Part shown: piece by piece, positions 36,471-50,246 of the stretch | How positions within the stretch are numbered: position 1 is the first letter of the stretch | Layout of the letters: each line of letters starts with the position of its first letter | Origin: Adineta vaga | Lineage: Eukaryota; Animalia; Rotifera | NCBI GenBank assembly: GCA_021613535.1 | Contig: CP075496.1 | Coordinates: 3,658,001-3,722,000, forward strand | Direction of reading: 5' to 3' | Length of the DNA: 64,000 nucleotides | Notes under the pieces: model-generated | What the model saw: only the letters and a program-made list of their open reading frames with translations | The model's database searches: none | Told to the model about the DNA's origin: nothing | Program-made: the position numbers and the translations under genes

Positions 36471-37490
36471 ATGTCGACGATATCAGGTGGATTGATTTGA
36501 AATAAAATTCTCATTTGAATGTCTCTTTTTTGTGTTGTGAACTTAGATATCGAACGAATTAATCATTTAGAATGGCGTTTGAAACGTTTAGAAAATTTTG
36601 TTGGTAAATCCGATAAATGTGATAATAAACGAGTAAAATATTGCTTTCACTCATTTGAATTTTGTCTGATAAATTCATTTTTAGATTACAGACACGATTC
36701 ATGATCTGAATGAGCAGGTTCTTCGGCATGCAAACAATAATAATAACGCAAAAACGTTATTAAATAAAGGTATTTACTATTCTAAATGCGATCATAAATC
36801 GTTTGTACGAAGCACGAAATGAAATAGATACTTAAGAATATTATTCATTTCAATTATGAAGATTTCTAATATGTTTATTTTTATACGTAGCGAATGAGAT
36901 TAATCATTTTACAAGTTCTAAATTTCAACGTCATTTAATGGCTGATCGCGCAACAAAATTAGAATTAGTTCTTGCTGGTAAAATCTTATATTTTACAGGC
37001 TACTATATTGATTATTTATCATTTAGATGAAGATCGTATACGTGAAATGACGAGAAGTCTGTCGGAAATCGATACATTGGCTCGGATCCTCGACGAAGAA
37101 CAATTACAAGGTACGGAAAAGAAATCTTCTTCTATTTTTTCTTTTTGAATAAATCTTATGATATGTATATAGAAATTCCAAAATTAATGACAAATTTGAA
37201 TAAATTATTGATTAGTCACAGTGACATCAAGGTTTGAGAGATAGACATTGAATATTCATTTCTTTTATTCTGTTCTATTATAGAACCACCATAGTGAATT
37301 TACACAAGAACTCAGCAGTTTTCTACAGAATTATGCTGCATTTGTAAGACCATATATCTTTAATCATTGATTGATTCATTATCTATTTATTTAGACTTTA
37401 ATGATGGATGAAAATCTTCAACAATATAAACAAATTATAAGTAAAAACCAGAGAGCATCAGTAGAAATACAAGATAATCCAGTTGAATAA
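36471..37490 (+). CDS. DCTN3: Dynactin subunit 3 (p24/p22), multi-exon
   Basis: INHLEWRLKRLENFVG...ATKLELVLADEDRIRE..LARILDEEQLQEIPK..FLQNYAAFTLMMDENLQQY parallels the DCTN3 pattern (LE..V.G; KL.FILA.E; LD...I..VP; LL..Y). Confidence 0.75.
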
Positions 37491-37941
37491 ACATCGGCGT
37501 TTTTTTTTAAATTTGATTTAGAAAAAAAAGAAAGACAAAACAAGCTCATATCGATAATCTTGGTGTATATGATTTTTTTTGTTCGTTTGTTTATTCTTTC
37601 TTTTTATTTTTTAAGAATTTCTTTGCATTTATTTGTTTCATTTTTTACAACTTTCCATAATGGTTTATTATAATCGGTAATATGATATATTATTCTATAA
37701 AAGCTTGGTATTTTAAATATCGCATGAAAGTTTAAAACATATTCTAGGAAAGTGAAATTAGCAAGACAATTGACAATAATGATTGATAGATTGTTTATAG
37801 AAAGAAAAACCGATTCTTTGAATGAGAATAAGAATGAAATTTATATTGAATAGGCGATAAGTGTAATCTAAAAGTTGTAAAGTAGATCGGTGTGATTTAT
37901 GATAGAAAAAGTTTCATTCGTGAATGTATCCGTTTTAGATA

Positions 37942-40900
37942 ATGAATACTAATGAAAAGACGAAATCGTCACCAAATGAATCATTTTTCAGTTTGGACGC
38001 TCTTGTGAGTCATAATTAGATTGATTGGTATCTTTCTCATTCTCTTCGACGTTTTTTTTAGCATGACCATCCTCTTGAGCCATCGAATTCTAAACGATCA
38101 AATCCTCAAACAACAACTGCATCAGGAACAGTATCTATGGTAGTCATACCGATCGAAGAAAATGATGTAGCACAAACAATGGCTGATTTTAATATAACGA
38201 ATAGTCCAACAACGGTTAGTCCAGAAATAATAATTGTTACTTTGATGACAACTATTTTAATATAGATACATATGAATACTGAATCTGAACGACATGATTA
38301 TTCACCGATACAACCATATTGGTTCTATTCAAAAAAAGTTCAAGATCGTATTACATGGATACCTTTTTCTTTAATTGATGTACAACGACTAGATGAAGCT
38401 TATGCGCAAAGTAAGATAATTATCGACTGTCTCGTAATACATGACACCAAAGAATGTAATTCTAAACTGATAGAGTGTATATTGTTCATAGAGAGAAATA
38501 TGAAGAGAATAATAATAATAGTTGATCCTATACTTAATCTAGATCGAGAAGTGATTGCTACAAATGGTAACCGTTATGATGCTAATCTTGTCAAACGAAT
38601 ACGTACACCTGTCTACTGGGAAGATGAACCAAATCCAATTCGACGTTCCAAATGGTTTTATCTACCAGAACAAGAAAGTCGATTTGTTCCATATGATGAG
38701 AAAATGAATGCAATACTTGAAGTAAACAAAATCTTTTTCGAATTGATGATTTTCTTTACATTTTTTTTCCAAATAGAATCTTTATGAAGAAACATGTCGA
38801 AAGCAATCATGGCATACGAAACATGAAATGAACAATGGAAAAGAAATTTTGATCTTCCATAGTCCTCTTCTTATAACAATACAAGTAATCGACAACGAAC
38901 AATCACCTTGGGCAAATCTTTCTGTACGTTTAATTTGATAGAAGAAGTAGAAAATGAGAAGAATTAATTTACAATTGAAATTTAGTATGAAACAAGAACA
39001 TTAAAACGTGGTTTACCCGAAATGTTTTTTGATGAAATCAAATTCGGTGATAAAGATCCTGTTCAACATGTATGTTTTGTTGTACATGGTATTGGTGAAG
39101 CATGTGATACTAAATTTCGACCACTAATCGAATGTGTCGAAGATTTTCGTGAAACAAGTCGAATAATTTTACAAAGTCACTTTAAATCTTATGTAGAAAA
39201 TGATCAAATTCATCGTATAGTACGTATTTATTCTTGTCTTCTTGTATTTATATCTTCCAAAATACTTACATGTCGAGAGTGAAAAATAAAGTTATTCATT
39301 AGTCTAATTGAATGATTATTTCTAGGAATTTTTACCGGTTTATTGGCATGGTGATTTGCATATGGATGTATGTATTCTCAGAAAAAGTAATCGATATGAA
39401 TGAAATCAGTTTTCTTCAATCTAGGCTTCTGGTGTTGATAGTCATTTATTACCTTTAACATTACCGAGTGTTATTAAACTTCGAACATTTATCAATACAA
39501 CTCTATCAGATATATTGTTTTATACAAGTCCTGTTTATTGCCAAGTATAATTGTCTATACGTTGATATTTTGAAAGAAAATTTTCAATTTGTAGAAAATT
39601 ATTTCACGTTGTATAAGTGAAATGAATCGGCTTTATGAGATATTTTTACAACGGAATCCATCATTTCATGGACAAGTATCTGTAATTGGACATAGTCTTG
39701 GTAAATATTGATTGAATTGTATTATTCAAAATAATATTATATGATCTTTGTTATTGTAGGTTCAGTTATATTGTATGATATATTAGTCAATCAAACACCT
39801 GCGAATCAAGAAGAGGCATTGATTAATGAAGAAGGTAAATTTACTTGGAAATTTTTGAAGCTTTTAATTATCTTTTTTCATACAACAAAATTCAAATTTT
39901 ATAGAAAATAGGTAAGTTAACTCGAAGCATTCTTTTTTTGAAAATATTCCTATTTATTTTTATTCAATAAGTAATGCAAAGAAGAATGTCTGTGTATCGG
40001 GTACTGGTCAAATATCAATTCAATATGAAAAACTTACATTTCCAGTGTCATATTTTTTTGCATTAGGTAAAATTTAATACGAAACTATTATTGTCTTTAT
40101 TCGATCTATATATTTAGGATCTCCTATTGCCATGTTTTTAACAGTACGAGGTGTAACATCATTAGCTTCCGATTATGCATTACCAACATGTAAAGGTTTA
40201 TTGAACATATTTCATCCTGTACGTCTTGATTCAGAAGTTCTACTTGTTCTTTATGATTATTATTATTTTTGCACTAGTACGATCCAGTTGCATACAGACT
40301 TGAACCATTGATTGATCCAAAATGGACTGTATCACCAGTATTATTACCACATCATAAAGGAAGAAAAAGACTTCATTTAGAATTAATCGATGGATTATCG
40401 AGAGCTACCGATTTAAAACAAAAAATGCTCGATGGATTTAAGAATACGATGATATCTATTACAGATTTTGTTCAATCTTATCGGTATATCTGTTCTATAC
40501 AACTAAAAAACAAATTATTTTCTTCGAAAATTTTACTTTTTAGAAGTCCAATATCAACAGCTACATCACCAGCATCAACAACACAACCAACAATTACGAC
40601 TACAATAGCTGCAGACACTGAACTAGAACTTGAACATGCAAATGATGATGAAGGTAAATCATTATCTACGAAATATTTCAATTATCTTATTACTAATTCG
40701 AACTATTCTAGATACTCATATTGATGAATGGGATAATCGTCCAATTGGAAAATTAAATCAAGGTCGCCGTATCGATTATGTTCTTCAGCATCGACCAATC
40801 GAAGTTCTTAATGATTATCTCTTTGCTTTTGCAAGTCATGTTTCCTATTGGTAAGCAAAATGAATAACTAACTAAAAATCGTTTTTTGTTTTGTTCTGGT

Positions 40901-41143
40901 AAATTTTTCAGGGATTCTGAAGATACAATGTTGCTAATAATAAAAGAAATTCTTAAGATGGATAATTTCGAACCCGATCCACAGTATGAAACGATTGAAC
41001 AAATGATTAAATCGAATGTTTTAAATTATTTTGTTAATAATCAAACAGCAAAAGTCAATGAACTTCGACCATATCTTGCCACATCTGAACAAATCTCTCG
41101 ATTAATTATCGATCCAATAAATATCGTCCAAAGATTACCATAA
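37942..41143 (+). CDS. Intracellular phospholipase A1, DDHD2/SEC23IP family (WWE-like, lipase, DDHD domain)
   Basis: IQPYWFY..WIPFS; PVYWE..IRRSKWF; [10 protein letters not shown]; EFLPVYWH; GHSLG nucleophile motif; [15 protein letters not shown]; GRRIDYVLQ; SHVSYWDSEDT. Confidence 0.92.
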
Positions 41144-41260
41144 CATGATCGTTTTATTTCTCTAATTACTTTCGAATGTTTTCCTTGTTTTACTCATATT
41201 TCTGCTATACATGTATCTAATAAAATATGATAACTTCGCATTGATCCAATTCTAGATGAG

Positions 41261-44200
41261 ATGATATTCATAAGACAGTACAAGAATTCTTTTTTTGCTA
41301 TTCTCATTAAGAATATTTCTATTCGATATATTTCATCCAATGCAACGACTAAGTAAGATATAATAGTGAATTTCAAAAGCTATCTTCTGACTAATAGTTC
41401 TAGTTGAATTTATGAAAGCATTAATCTGATAGGTGTCATGCTTTCTTTTTTTCATTAGCGGGAAAAAAGTTGATTGACATCAAATCATGATAATCTTATG
41501 TATATCTCTTTGTTCTAGGCTACGTGAAGTTGGCCTTTTTACAGCTGTCAAACAAGAGGGAAATTATGAGACAGGCCAGGTATGTTATCTGATGATGGAT
41601 AAATGTCAAAAATACATTATTATATAAAAAAAGACTATGTTTATGTCTCTATAATTAAAGTACACTTGTTAGAAGTTACATTCCTTCCGTTAAAGAAATT
41701 CAATTTTCCACATGCACAGTATCTTGTGTATACTGTAATAATTATCATTAAAATAAAGGGGAAAAAAAGATCTAGTAAACATAAGAATAATACTATGAAT
41801 ATGAACAACAGAAACTACGTTTTGATGTTCGATCATTTAATTGTACAAGATCATTTAAAGTTTTAGTTGCTGTTTGACTATTCGTTGTTGTAGAATCCAT
41901 TTGATCAAGTAATGCTTCACTTACTGCTTTAAAACAAAATTCAACATTTAAACCCGTTTTTGCTGATGTTTCAACATACGATACATCATATTCATTTGCT
42001 AGTTTTTCACCCATTTCACGTGTAACAACACGTTCATTGGTTTTATCGACTTTGTTAGCGATTAACATAATAATAACGTTCGATTGTGCATATTCTTTAA
42101 TTTCACTTAACCAATCACGAACATGATTAAAACTGATTATTGATGAAATATCATAGAGAAGAAGAAGAGCATTTGCATCACGATAATACGAATGAGTAAC
42201 GGACCGAAAACGTTCTTGACCAGCCTAGAAAAAGTTTTTATTTTCTAATTAAATATGAAAAATTTATCCGAGTTCTTTCGTGATCTTTGCTTAATTTGAT
42301 GCTCAATTGCCTTGAAGGCAGATTAGAGGAAAAAGTCTTGGCTTAACTTCTTTCTTTCTTTCTTTCTTTCTTTTTTCTTTCTCGTCCAATTAATTCTTAA
42401 TTAGGTGTATGCATATTTGAGCAAAGGATTCTTTTTTGAACTTTTCTTCATGTTGATCTTTATCTTCGACAATTAAATCAAATATCGATCTTTTCTTTTT
42501 TTTCTTTACTGTAGAAGAAATCATTTGTATTGATGATTTTCAAATACACTCGAACATTTCCGATAATGTTTACCATCCTCGACACACTTGTCTATGCTCT
42601 CTCTCTCTTCCTAAGAAGAAGAAAACGATGATGATGATGATGAAGATAAAGAAAAAAAATCACATTTTCTCATTTCCGTTCTTAGTTTAACTCAAGATAA
42701 ATAAATATTCATAGAAAAAAAGATCTGATTAGATTTTTCTTTACTTGCTCAACTAAAGAAATCTAATAAATAATCATAAAATGATAATATTTTTCTTTCA
42801 AATACATACGGTATCATAAATTTGAAGTTTTACTTGTTTATTATTAATCACAATAATCTTATTACGGAAATCAATGCCAACTGTAGCAATGAAACTGCCA
42901 GAGAGAAATGTATCATCTTTAAAACGTACTAATAGACATGTTTTACCAACACCACTATCGCCGAGTAACATTATCTAGAAGAACAATAAATCAATTGAAT
43001 TGATTATTTTCTTTTATATTACTTTAAATGTGCTTTGTTGAGTATTCGTACTGAAATTCGGATAATCTTTCGTTGTTGATATAACTGGACGGGTCATATC
43101 TGAATTAGTTTTTTTTCTATGCAATCTAAAACTAAATTTTATAACGTCAATAGTTATTTAATATATATATCGAACAAAATAAACTTCGAAATAGTATGAA
43201 GAGAGGAAGGAAAAGAGAGTACACGTGATTTAATACTCCGTAACGATGTGTTCGTTCGTTCGTTTCGTTTTTGACAACTCTTCCAATTTGTATTAGGTTA
43301 TGTTATTTTTTCGTTCTATTTACCTGTTGAAAGCAATCCTAGGTGTATATACATACATCAATTATAAAAAACATACGGACAATCGTTTTATAAAAAAAAA
43401 CTACTTCGCTGATGTTTTTCTTTTTCGTCATCAAATGTCATGTCATTAACTCGTGCCTATTTCTCTGTTATATACAAAAGAAAGAAGAAGAAGAAGAAAA
43501 AATAAGCGTTAAGAACGTCAATAGGATAGATTCACATTATTCTGTATGGAAATGACAGATAGCGATAGATTGCCTTTTCTTTATTTCGTTGCATGATTAT
43601 TGTTCTTAAAACTATGAGAGAGTTTCAAATGAAAGAAAATACTTTCGAATTTACTGTGTTCATTATTGTTTTTATAGAAGTTCGCGCTTGAATAAGTAAA
43701 TCCCATAGAGAAACATCTACGAGGAAACGAAAAGTAATAGATGAAGCGTGAAGTCAATGTGGTTGCGATTGTCATTGATAAAAGAAAGAATAGAGAAACA
43801 AACAAGAAAATATTCAAGGAAAATAATCGTTTTCTTTTTCAGATCTTTGCTTTTGTTTTTATAATCGTTAGGTCGTCAAAAAAACGAATGACGAATATCC
43901 ACCAGATGTTTCTAACCATATGTCTGAAATAATCTCAGTTTAATATTAAATTAATAAGATAAGTTATTGAAAACCACCTGAGATGACATCATACCTCTTC
44001 CTGTAAGATTTTCAAGAGTAATTTGTGATGCCAGTTGTCAATTGCATTTACATCGATGCATTGTAATCATTGCACAGTTGAGTGATTGAATTATATATAT
44101 ATATATATATATCGATATATTCAAGAAGACTAAAATAAGAGACAGAGAGAAAACTTAGAACTGTTTCAGTCAGTAGAATGTTGAACAGATGAACAATATA

Positions 44201-46072
44201 TGAAGAAGAGATGAAGTCGGGTACTGAGCTCAAGCGAACGGAGAATAAGTAGCGAACGGGAGGGATGAAGAATGAAAAACGGAGACTTCCTGTTGACAAG
44301 CCCTGCTGATGGTGTTTTCCTCCTTTTTTTCTACCGCCATTACTACCGGTTCTGCTTTTCTATGCTAAATACATTCTGACAAATCGAATAAATCTTTCTC
44401 TCTCTCTCTCTCCGTCTTTTTGTCTTCAATAGCATTCAACACACATACGCATACAGACATACATTTACTCGCAAAGCAATTATCGATTTGAGCCTATTCA
44501 TTGCTCGTTATAGTCGTTCACTAAATGCTCATGTCGTCTTTCGAAAGTTCTCTTTACAGAAGAAGAAGAAAAAAAAAAGTGCGAGGCTAATTCGATTGTT
44601 GTTTTCTAAAGACGATTAACAGCAATTTGCCCATCGGCATATAAAAATAAATGTATATATTTTTACCCGAAAGAAAAAAAAATACATCTAAATAGCCCAA
44701 GTCTATTTTAAAAATTTATTTTTATTGATGATAATAATAAAAGAAAAATCTTCTTTCGCTTATAATTGTCTTAGATGAGCTAATATAGTCAACAATCACA
44801 ATGATGAATGAAGAATTTTATCAAAATAAATCATGCGTTAATTGTCAGATGAAAAGATCAGTTCGTGCGTGTTTATTAACTCATAATGATTCAGAAGTTT
44901 TCTTTTTTCTCTGATTTCTCTCTTATATGCTCTAGTTATTTCTTCATCGAACATTTGGATATCGAGGTATAATCCTTTTTTCTTGGCTTGCAAGAATTTT
45001 TGATCGATATGATGGTCGATCTAATCTGCCACCACCGTCATCGATATCATCACCATCAAATATTCATGAAATTCATGCTCGATCAGCTACGTACTATCAA
45101 GTTTTAATTGATTCACGTGATATTCCATATATTCGAGCTCAAACAGGTTGATTTGATTGAAATTTAATGAGAAGAAAATGATGATGAAATATTTCGTTTA
45201 GAAGCTGTGACATTTCTAGGTAATCAAGAACGAGATCGAAATCTCTATGCTATTCCTGGTTTCGATTATGTTGCACATGATGACGTGATTCCTTACACAG
45301 TAATAATCAGTTTTGCATATATATATATCAAGAAACAGAATGATTGTCTTTTAGAGTACAGAACGAACACCAATTGAACATGAATTATTTCATAAATTTC
45401 TTATGTATGATGCAGAAACAAGTAGGATTGATTGAATTATTTATATATATTTATTTCATTATCGATATAATCTAGCTCCAAATTTCCTCCCTCGTGAATA
45501 CTTAAAATCATGGCAAGAACGACATCATCATTGGCTTGAATTATCTGATGTATCAAAGGATGTAACACATCATATTCGAGTTACTGTTATTCCATTTTAC
45601 ATGTAAGTTTGAAGTCAATTTCAAATTTATATATCTTTTGTTTGTGAATCAGAGGTTCTCGTTTCGCACAACGTAATAATGTACATTGGTGGCGTTATTC
45701 AATTCGAATTGAAAATTTGAATCCTGATGAAGCTGTTACATTACGTGAACGTCATTGGAGAATATTTAGTTTATCAGGAACATTAGAAACAGTACGTGGC
45801 AAAGGTGTAGTCGGAGAAGAACCAAGATTATCAAGAGAATATCCTGCATTTCAATATTCATCTCATGTGTCCTTATCGGCAGCAAGTGGTCATATGTGGG
45901 GGTAAGAGAAAGTTAATCGAAGAAAAAGGAAAGCTTTTTTTTCTTCATTTAAATTTTTATTAGAACGTTCAAAATGGAAAAAGATGATGGAACATTTATT
46001 GAAGTTCGAATACCACCTTTTAATCTAGAATGTAAATCTGATTCAATGATTGGTGGCAAATCATCGATATAA
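41261..46072 (+). CDS. POLDIP2: Polymerase delta-interacting protein 2 (YccV-like + ApaG domains); exons 41261-41352 and 41519-41579, then 44936 onward
   Basis: Presequence-like [26 protein letters not shown]; [20 protein letters not shown]|[11 protein letters not shown] joins in phase across a 3356-nt intron; ApaG domain [59 protein letters not shown]. Confidence 0.92.
41793..43097 (-). CDS. RAB26: Rab26/Rab37-family small GTPase, 3 coding exons, nested antisense within POLDIP2 intron 2
   Basis: [35 protein letters not shown]; DT|[25 protein letters not shown]; NKVD; [10 protein letters not shown]; C-terminal CCSYS prenylation motif. Confidence 0.88.
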
Positions 46073-46552
46073 CATGTCTTTCTTATTTCTGTTTGTGATC
46101 TTTTTCTTGTAGAGTGATTTGAAACTTTTGTATGTGTATATGTGAATTGAATTCGTTATTTCAGCAACGTTCTTTCAGATTTCTTTGTAAATAACTTATT
46201 ACTTGATACTTTTGAATATACTGATAACAAATTTTTAACTATTATTGATTTTATTCAGATTTTTCATTAATAATCGAGCTAAGAGTGAGTGTGAATGCGT
46301 GTATTTCTCTCTTCCTCACTAAGAATTTCTCGCGTTGCATAGATGGATAGAACTTCACTTTCTCGATATGAAATGAAAAGGCATATTTTCGATAAAAATC
46401 TCTAGAGTAACGAACAAAATGCGTCATCTATTTCATAAACAAATCTTGCGATTGGTTTGAAAGTTTTTAAAATCTCTTCTTCTTCTTCCTTTTCTATACA
46501 CACGGAACTTTCTTGACATCTCTTTTTTTCTTTTGTCAAGAATCTATTTGAC

Positions 46553-48076
46553 ATGGCAGTGTCTGCAAGCGTTACTATAATCAACAAAATTCTTCAAAAT
46601 TGTTTGTATAGATTATATCATGCTAGAATTTTAAAACTAAAACTATTCATTATTTACTAGCAAAATATAGTGATACTCGAGAAAAATTACAAAAACTATT
46701 AATCGATCGTCAAATTCCTTATCTATCGTCGAATGATAGTTTAGAAGTATTGAAAGGCCTCGGTATTGGTACTTTTGGTAAAGTTGAAATAGTTTGTTAT
46801 CAAAATAGACTCTATGCTTATAAACATCCAATTTATAATTCTTTCAAACAGCGTAATAATATTCTTGAAGAAGCAATAAAATTAACTGATATTGTGGAAT
46901 ATCATCCAAACATCCAACGGTTATATTTTATTAATTTGAATACATTTGGCTTTCTCATGGAATATTGTGGATGTGGTTCACTTGACGCTCATGTACTCAA
47001 TGATAGTACCACATACACATTCATGGATGTACTTCATTGGAGTTATCAACTAGCGGATGCATTAAGTTTTTTACATTCAAGAAATATCAGTAAATAAAGT
47101 GGTTTTGACTAATTCAGATAGAGATTTATCTAGATTTTTCTTGTTCATAGTGCATCGAGATGTTAAAATGCAAAATGTTCTTTTGAAAGATGATTATCAT
47201 ACACTTGTTCTTACTGATTATGGTACAGCAACAGAACTAGGTAGAAGTTTACTGACAAATCAAGTTGGAACACCAAGTATGTAATTTTTCAAATAAATTT
47301 CATAGTTGTTATTTGGATAATGGTTTTGTTTTAAATATTGGATTCGTTAAGTTTCATTTGTAGGTTACTAAACATATGCTTGTTATATTTAGTTATAATG
47401 GCACCTGAAGTTTGTAGTGGTACAAAATATACTGAAAAATGTGATATCTATTCATGGGCTATTGTATTTCATCAATTACTCTCAAAACAAAGTAATCCAT
47501 ATGGCGATTCAAAATTCACTTCATTTGGTATTTTATTAAAATCTGTTTTGAAATTTTTTCTTTAAGAACTTATTCATTTTCTTTACAATAGCTTTATTGA
47601 TCAAAATAAGTATGGAGAATTATCGTCCATGTAAGTTGGAGAAGTGTCCAAAGTTACTCGATGCATTAATGTATCGTTCATGGCACTCTGATCCGAAAGA
47701 ACGTCCAACATTGTCATTCATAAAGAAAGTTCTTCGCTTAATAATCAACACATTACCAAAAGACAAAGCAGAATATTCTCAAGCAATGATTCTTGTTGAT
47801 AAACAGCAATGGGTAAATAATTGCAGTGAACCGGAAAAACATTTGCTAACTGAACCACTTTCGAATAATGAAACATCGATGAACATTTATCAAGATTGTT
47901 TAAGAACAACAAAGCATGTTTTAGACATAAAAAAGGACCTTTCAGACATAAATCAACAATTAAATCAATGTTGGAAAGAAAAAGAAACAAAATCTGATCA
48001 TTACGATCAAATATTGACTGAAAACGAACGATTACAACAAGAAATCGAACGATTACGTGGAAAAATCCATTCATAA
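46553..48076 (+). CDS. TAK1/MAP3K7-like kinase, tandem copy 1
   Basis: GIGTFGKV, YAYK, ILEE, HRDVKMQN, DYGTA, MAPEVCSGTKYTEKCDIYSW, WHSDPKERP; C-terminal coiled coil SMNIYQD..YDQILTENERL. Confidence 0.82.
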
Positions 48077-48592
48077 TGTTTGTCTGAAATAGTGAATATT
48101 TGTGTAGTTGTTTTTTTCCTAATAATACACGCATAATCTTATGAAATACAATAATAAATTGATATAATCTGTATTTAATCGAAGCTATTTGCTTGTTTCA
48201 GAAATCAATACTACTTCTGTGAATAAGTTATTTTGAAGGACATACAATATTCTATCAAGAATATTTGTATCGAAACTATTATGTTTCTGCCTGTATAAAC
48301 ATTGAGGATTTCGATAATCTCAACTATTCTTCGAAAGTTTGATTATAGTTCCGTTCAAATTATTATCGTTTTACGAGTATGAATTGATATTTCTTTCTAT
48401 TCGAATACAAATTCGACTAAATGCGCCATCTATTCTATTTGAAAATAAATAAAATGATTCACATTGATAAAGAACCCCTCTATTGGTTATTCTTTTGAAA
48501 AAAACATATGTTTGCGTCTACTTTATTTGTCTTTTTCCCATTACGAAGAACATTGAAAAAAATTTCCGTTTTTTCTTCAACAATTCCATCCT

Positions 48593-50246
48593 ATGGATAT
48601 TGCAACTAAAGAACAAATTGTTAATGAAATACTACCAAGAGCTCAAAAAGGTTTGTCATATCATCGATGCACTCATCCTACCCTACAAGAAGTTGGAAAA
48701 AAATAAAAATTGTATTGTGTTTTTCTTTTCAAATAGAAGGTGGTAATGTTCTTCGAGAGAAATTACGTAAACTGTTAGTGGAACGTCAAATTCCATTTAT
48801 ACCGTTAACAACTGAAATAGAATCACTTCGTTCATTGGGTTATGGTGTATTTGGTATAGTTGAATTAATCCGCTATCAGAAGAAACTATATGCACATAAA
48901 CGAGCACGACAAACGACAAATGAACAACGTAATAGTATTCTTGAAGAAGGCATAAAATTAACTGATATTGCCGAACATCATCCAAATATTCAACGTTTAA
49001 ATTTTATCAATCTTCGAACATTTGGCATTGTTATTGATTATTGTAGTAATGGGTCATTAGACGTTTTTGTTCGAGAAAAACATTCGAATTATACACTAGT
49101 TGATGTACTCAATTGGGGTTATCAATTAGCCGATGCATTGAGTTTTTTACATTCTAAAAAGATCAGTAAGTTTAAATTATTTCTATAAGATAGTTTACTT
49201 GATTAATCTTTTAGTTCATCGTGATGTTAAAATGCAAAATATTCTTTTGAAAGATAACTATCATACACTTGTTCTTACTGATTATGGCACGGCTACACAG
49301 CTTGGAAAAAGTTGGATGACAGATAATGTTGGAACGCCAAGTATGTACACTATCATATATATATATATATATAAAACGATATTTTCCAGTTTATTCTCTA
49401 TTCTGTTATCAAAATGCAAAAGAACATAAATAGTTACGTTAATCGATACATGAAGTATTCTGTAAGAAAATGTGCATAGATTCCCATCTTAATTTTTGAT
49501 AACTATTTCTCGTCGACTAAAGTGCAAATCAACAGAAAAAGAAACAGACTTGACTAGAATATATCGAAATTTAGATAACTATATAACAAGAATCTTCATT
49601 TAGTCACTATGGCACCTGAAGTTTTTGCTTATAATCAATATGCTGAACAATGTGATACTTATTCGTGGGCAATCGTTTTTTGGCAATTGTTTTCGAAACA
49701 ATTATTACCGTACGGTAATCAAGGCAAAGGTTTGTTTTACTATATATTCGAATCATTTTCTCAACGATGCCTTATTTTCATATAGGTTTTTTGATATCTG
49801 TTGTTCGAGAAAAACTTCGTCCACCAAAATTGAACCATTGTCCTGAACTATTCATTGCTTTATTATATCGTGCATGGCATTCTGATCCGAATGAACGTCC
49901 AACATTGTTATTGATTAAGAAAATTCTACGATTAATATTAAATACATTACCAAAGCAGAAAGAAGAATATTCCGAAGAAAGAATTAGTGAACTTTATAAT
50001 CAATGGACCAATGAATATATTCTCTCAGAAAAATATCTTCCGAGTGAACCACGTTTAATCAATGAACAATCTATGAATCTTTATCAAGAACATCTCACAA
50101 TTATGGAACGAATCATCGCTATTGAAAAAGATATTCGTGAATTAAAACAAAAACAAGCTAAACATGATCATTACGATCAATTATTAGATGAAAATGAACA
50201 ATTAAGAAAAGAAATTGATATGATACGACCAAAAGTAGTTCAGTAA
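48593..50246 (+). CDS. TAK1/MAP3K7-like kinase, tandem copy 2
   Basis: GYGVFGIV, YAHK, HRDVKMQN, DYGTA, MTDNVGT, MAPEVFAYNQYAEQCDTYSW; tail SMNLYQEH..LLDENEQL resembles the TAK1 TAB2/3-binding helix; same intron positions as copy 1. Confidence 0.84.

Noticed and set aside
41519-41579. Alternative terminal exon of the DDHD phospholipase
   Set aside because: Its translation ([15 protein letters not shown]) matches the POLDIP2 N-terminal region and splices in phase to 44936
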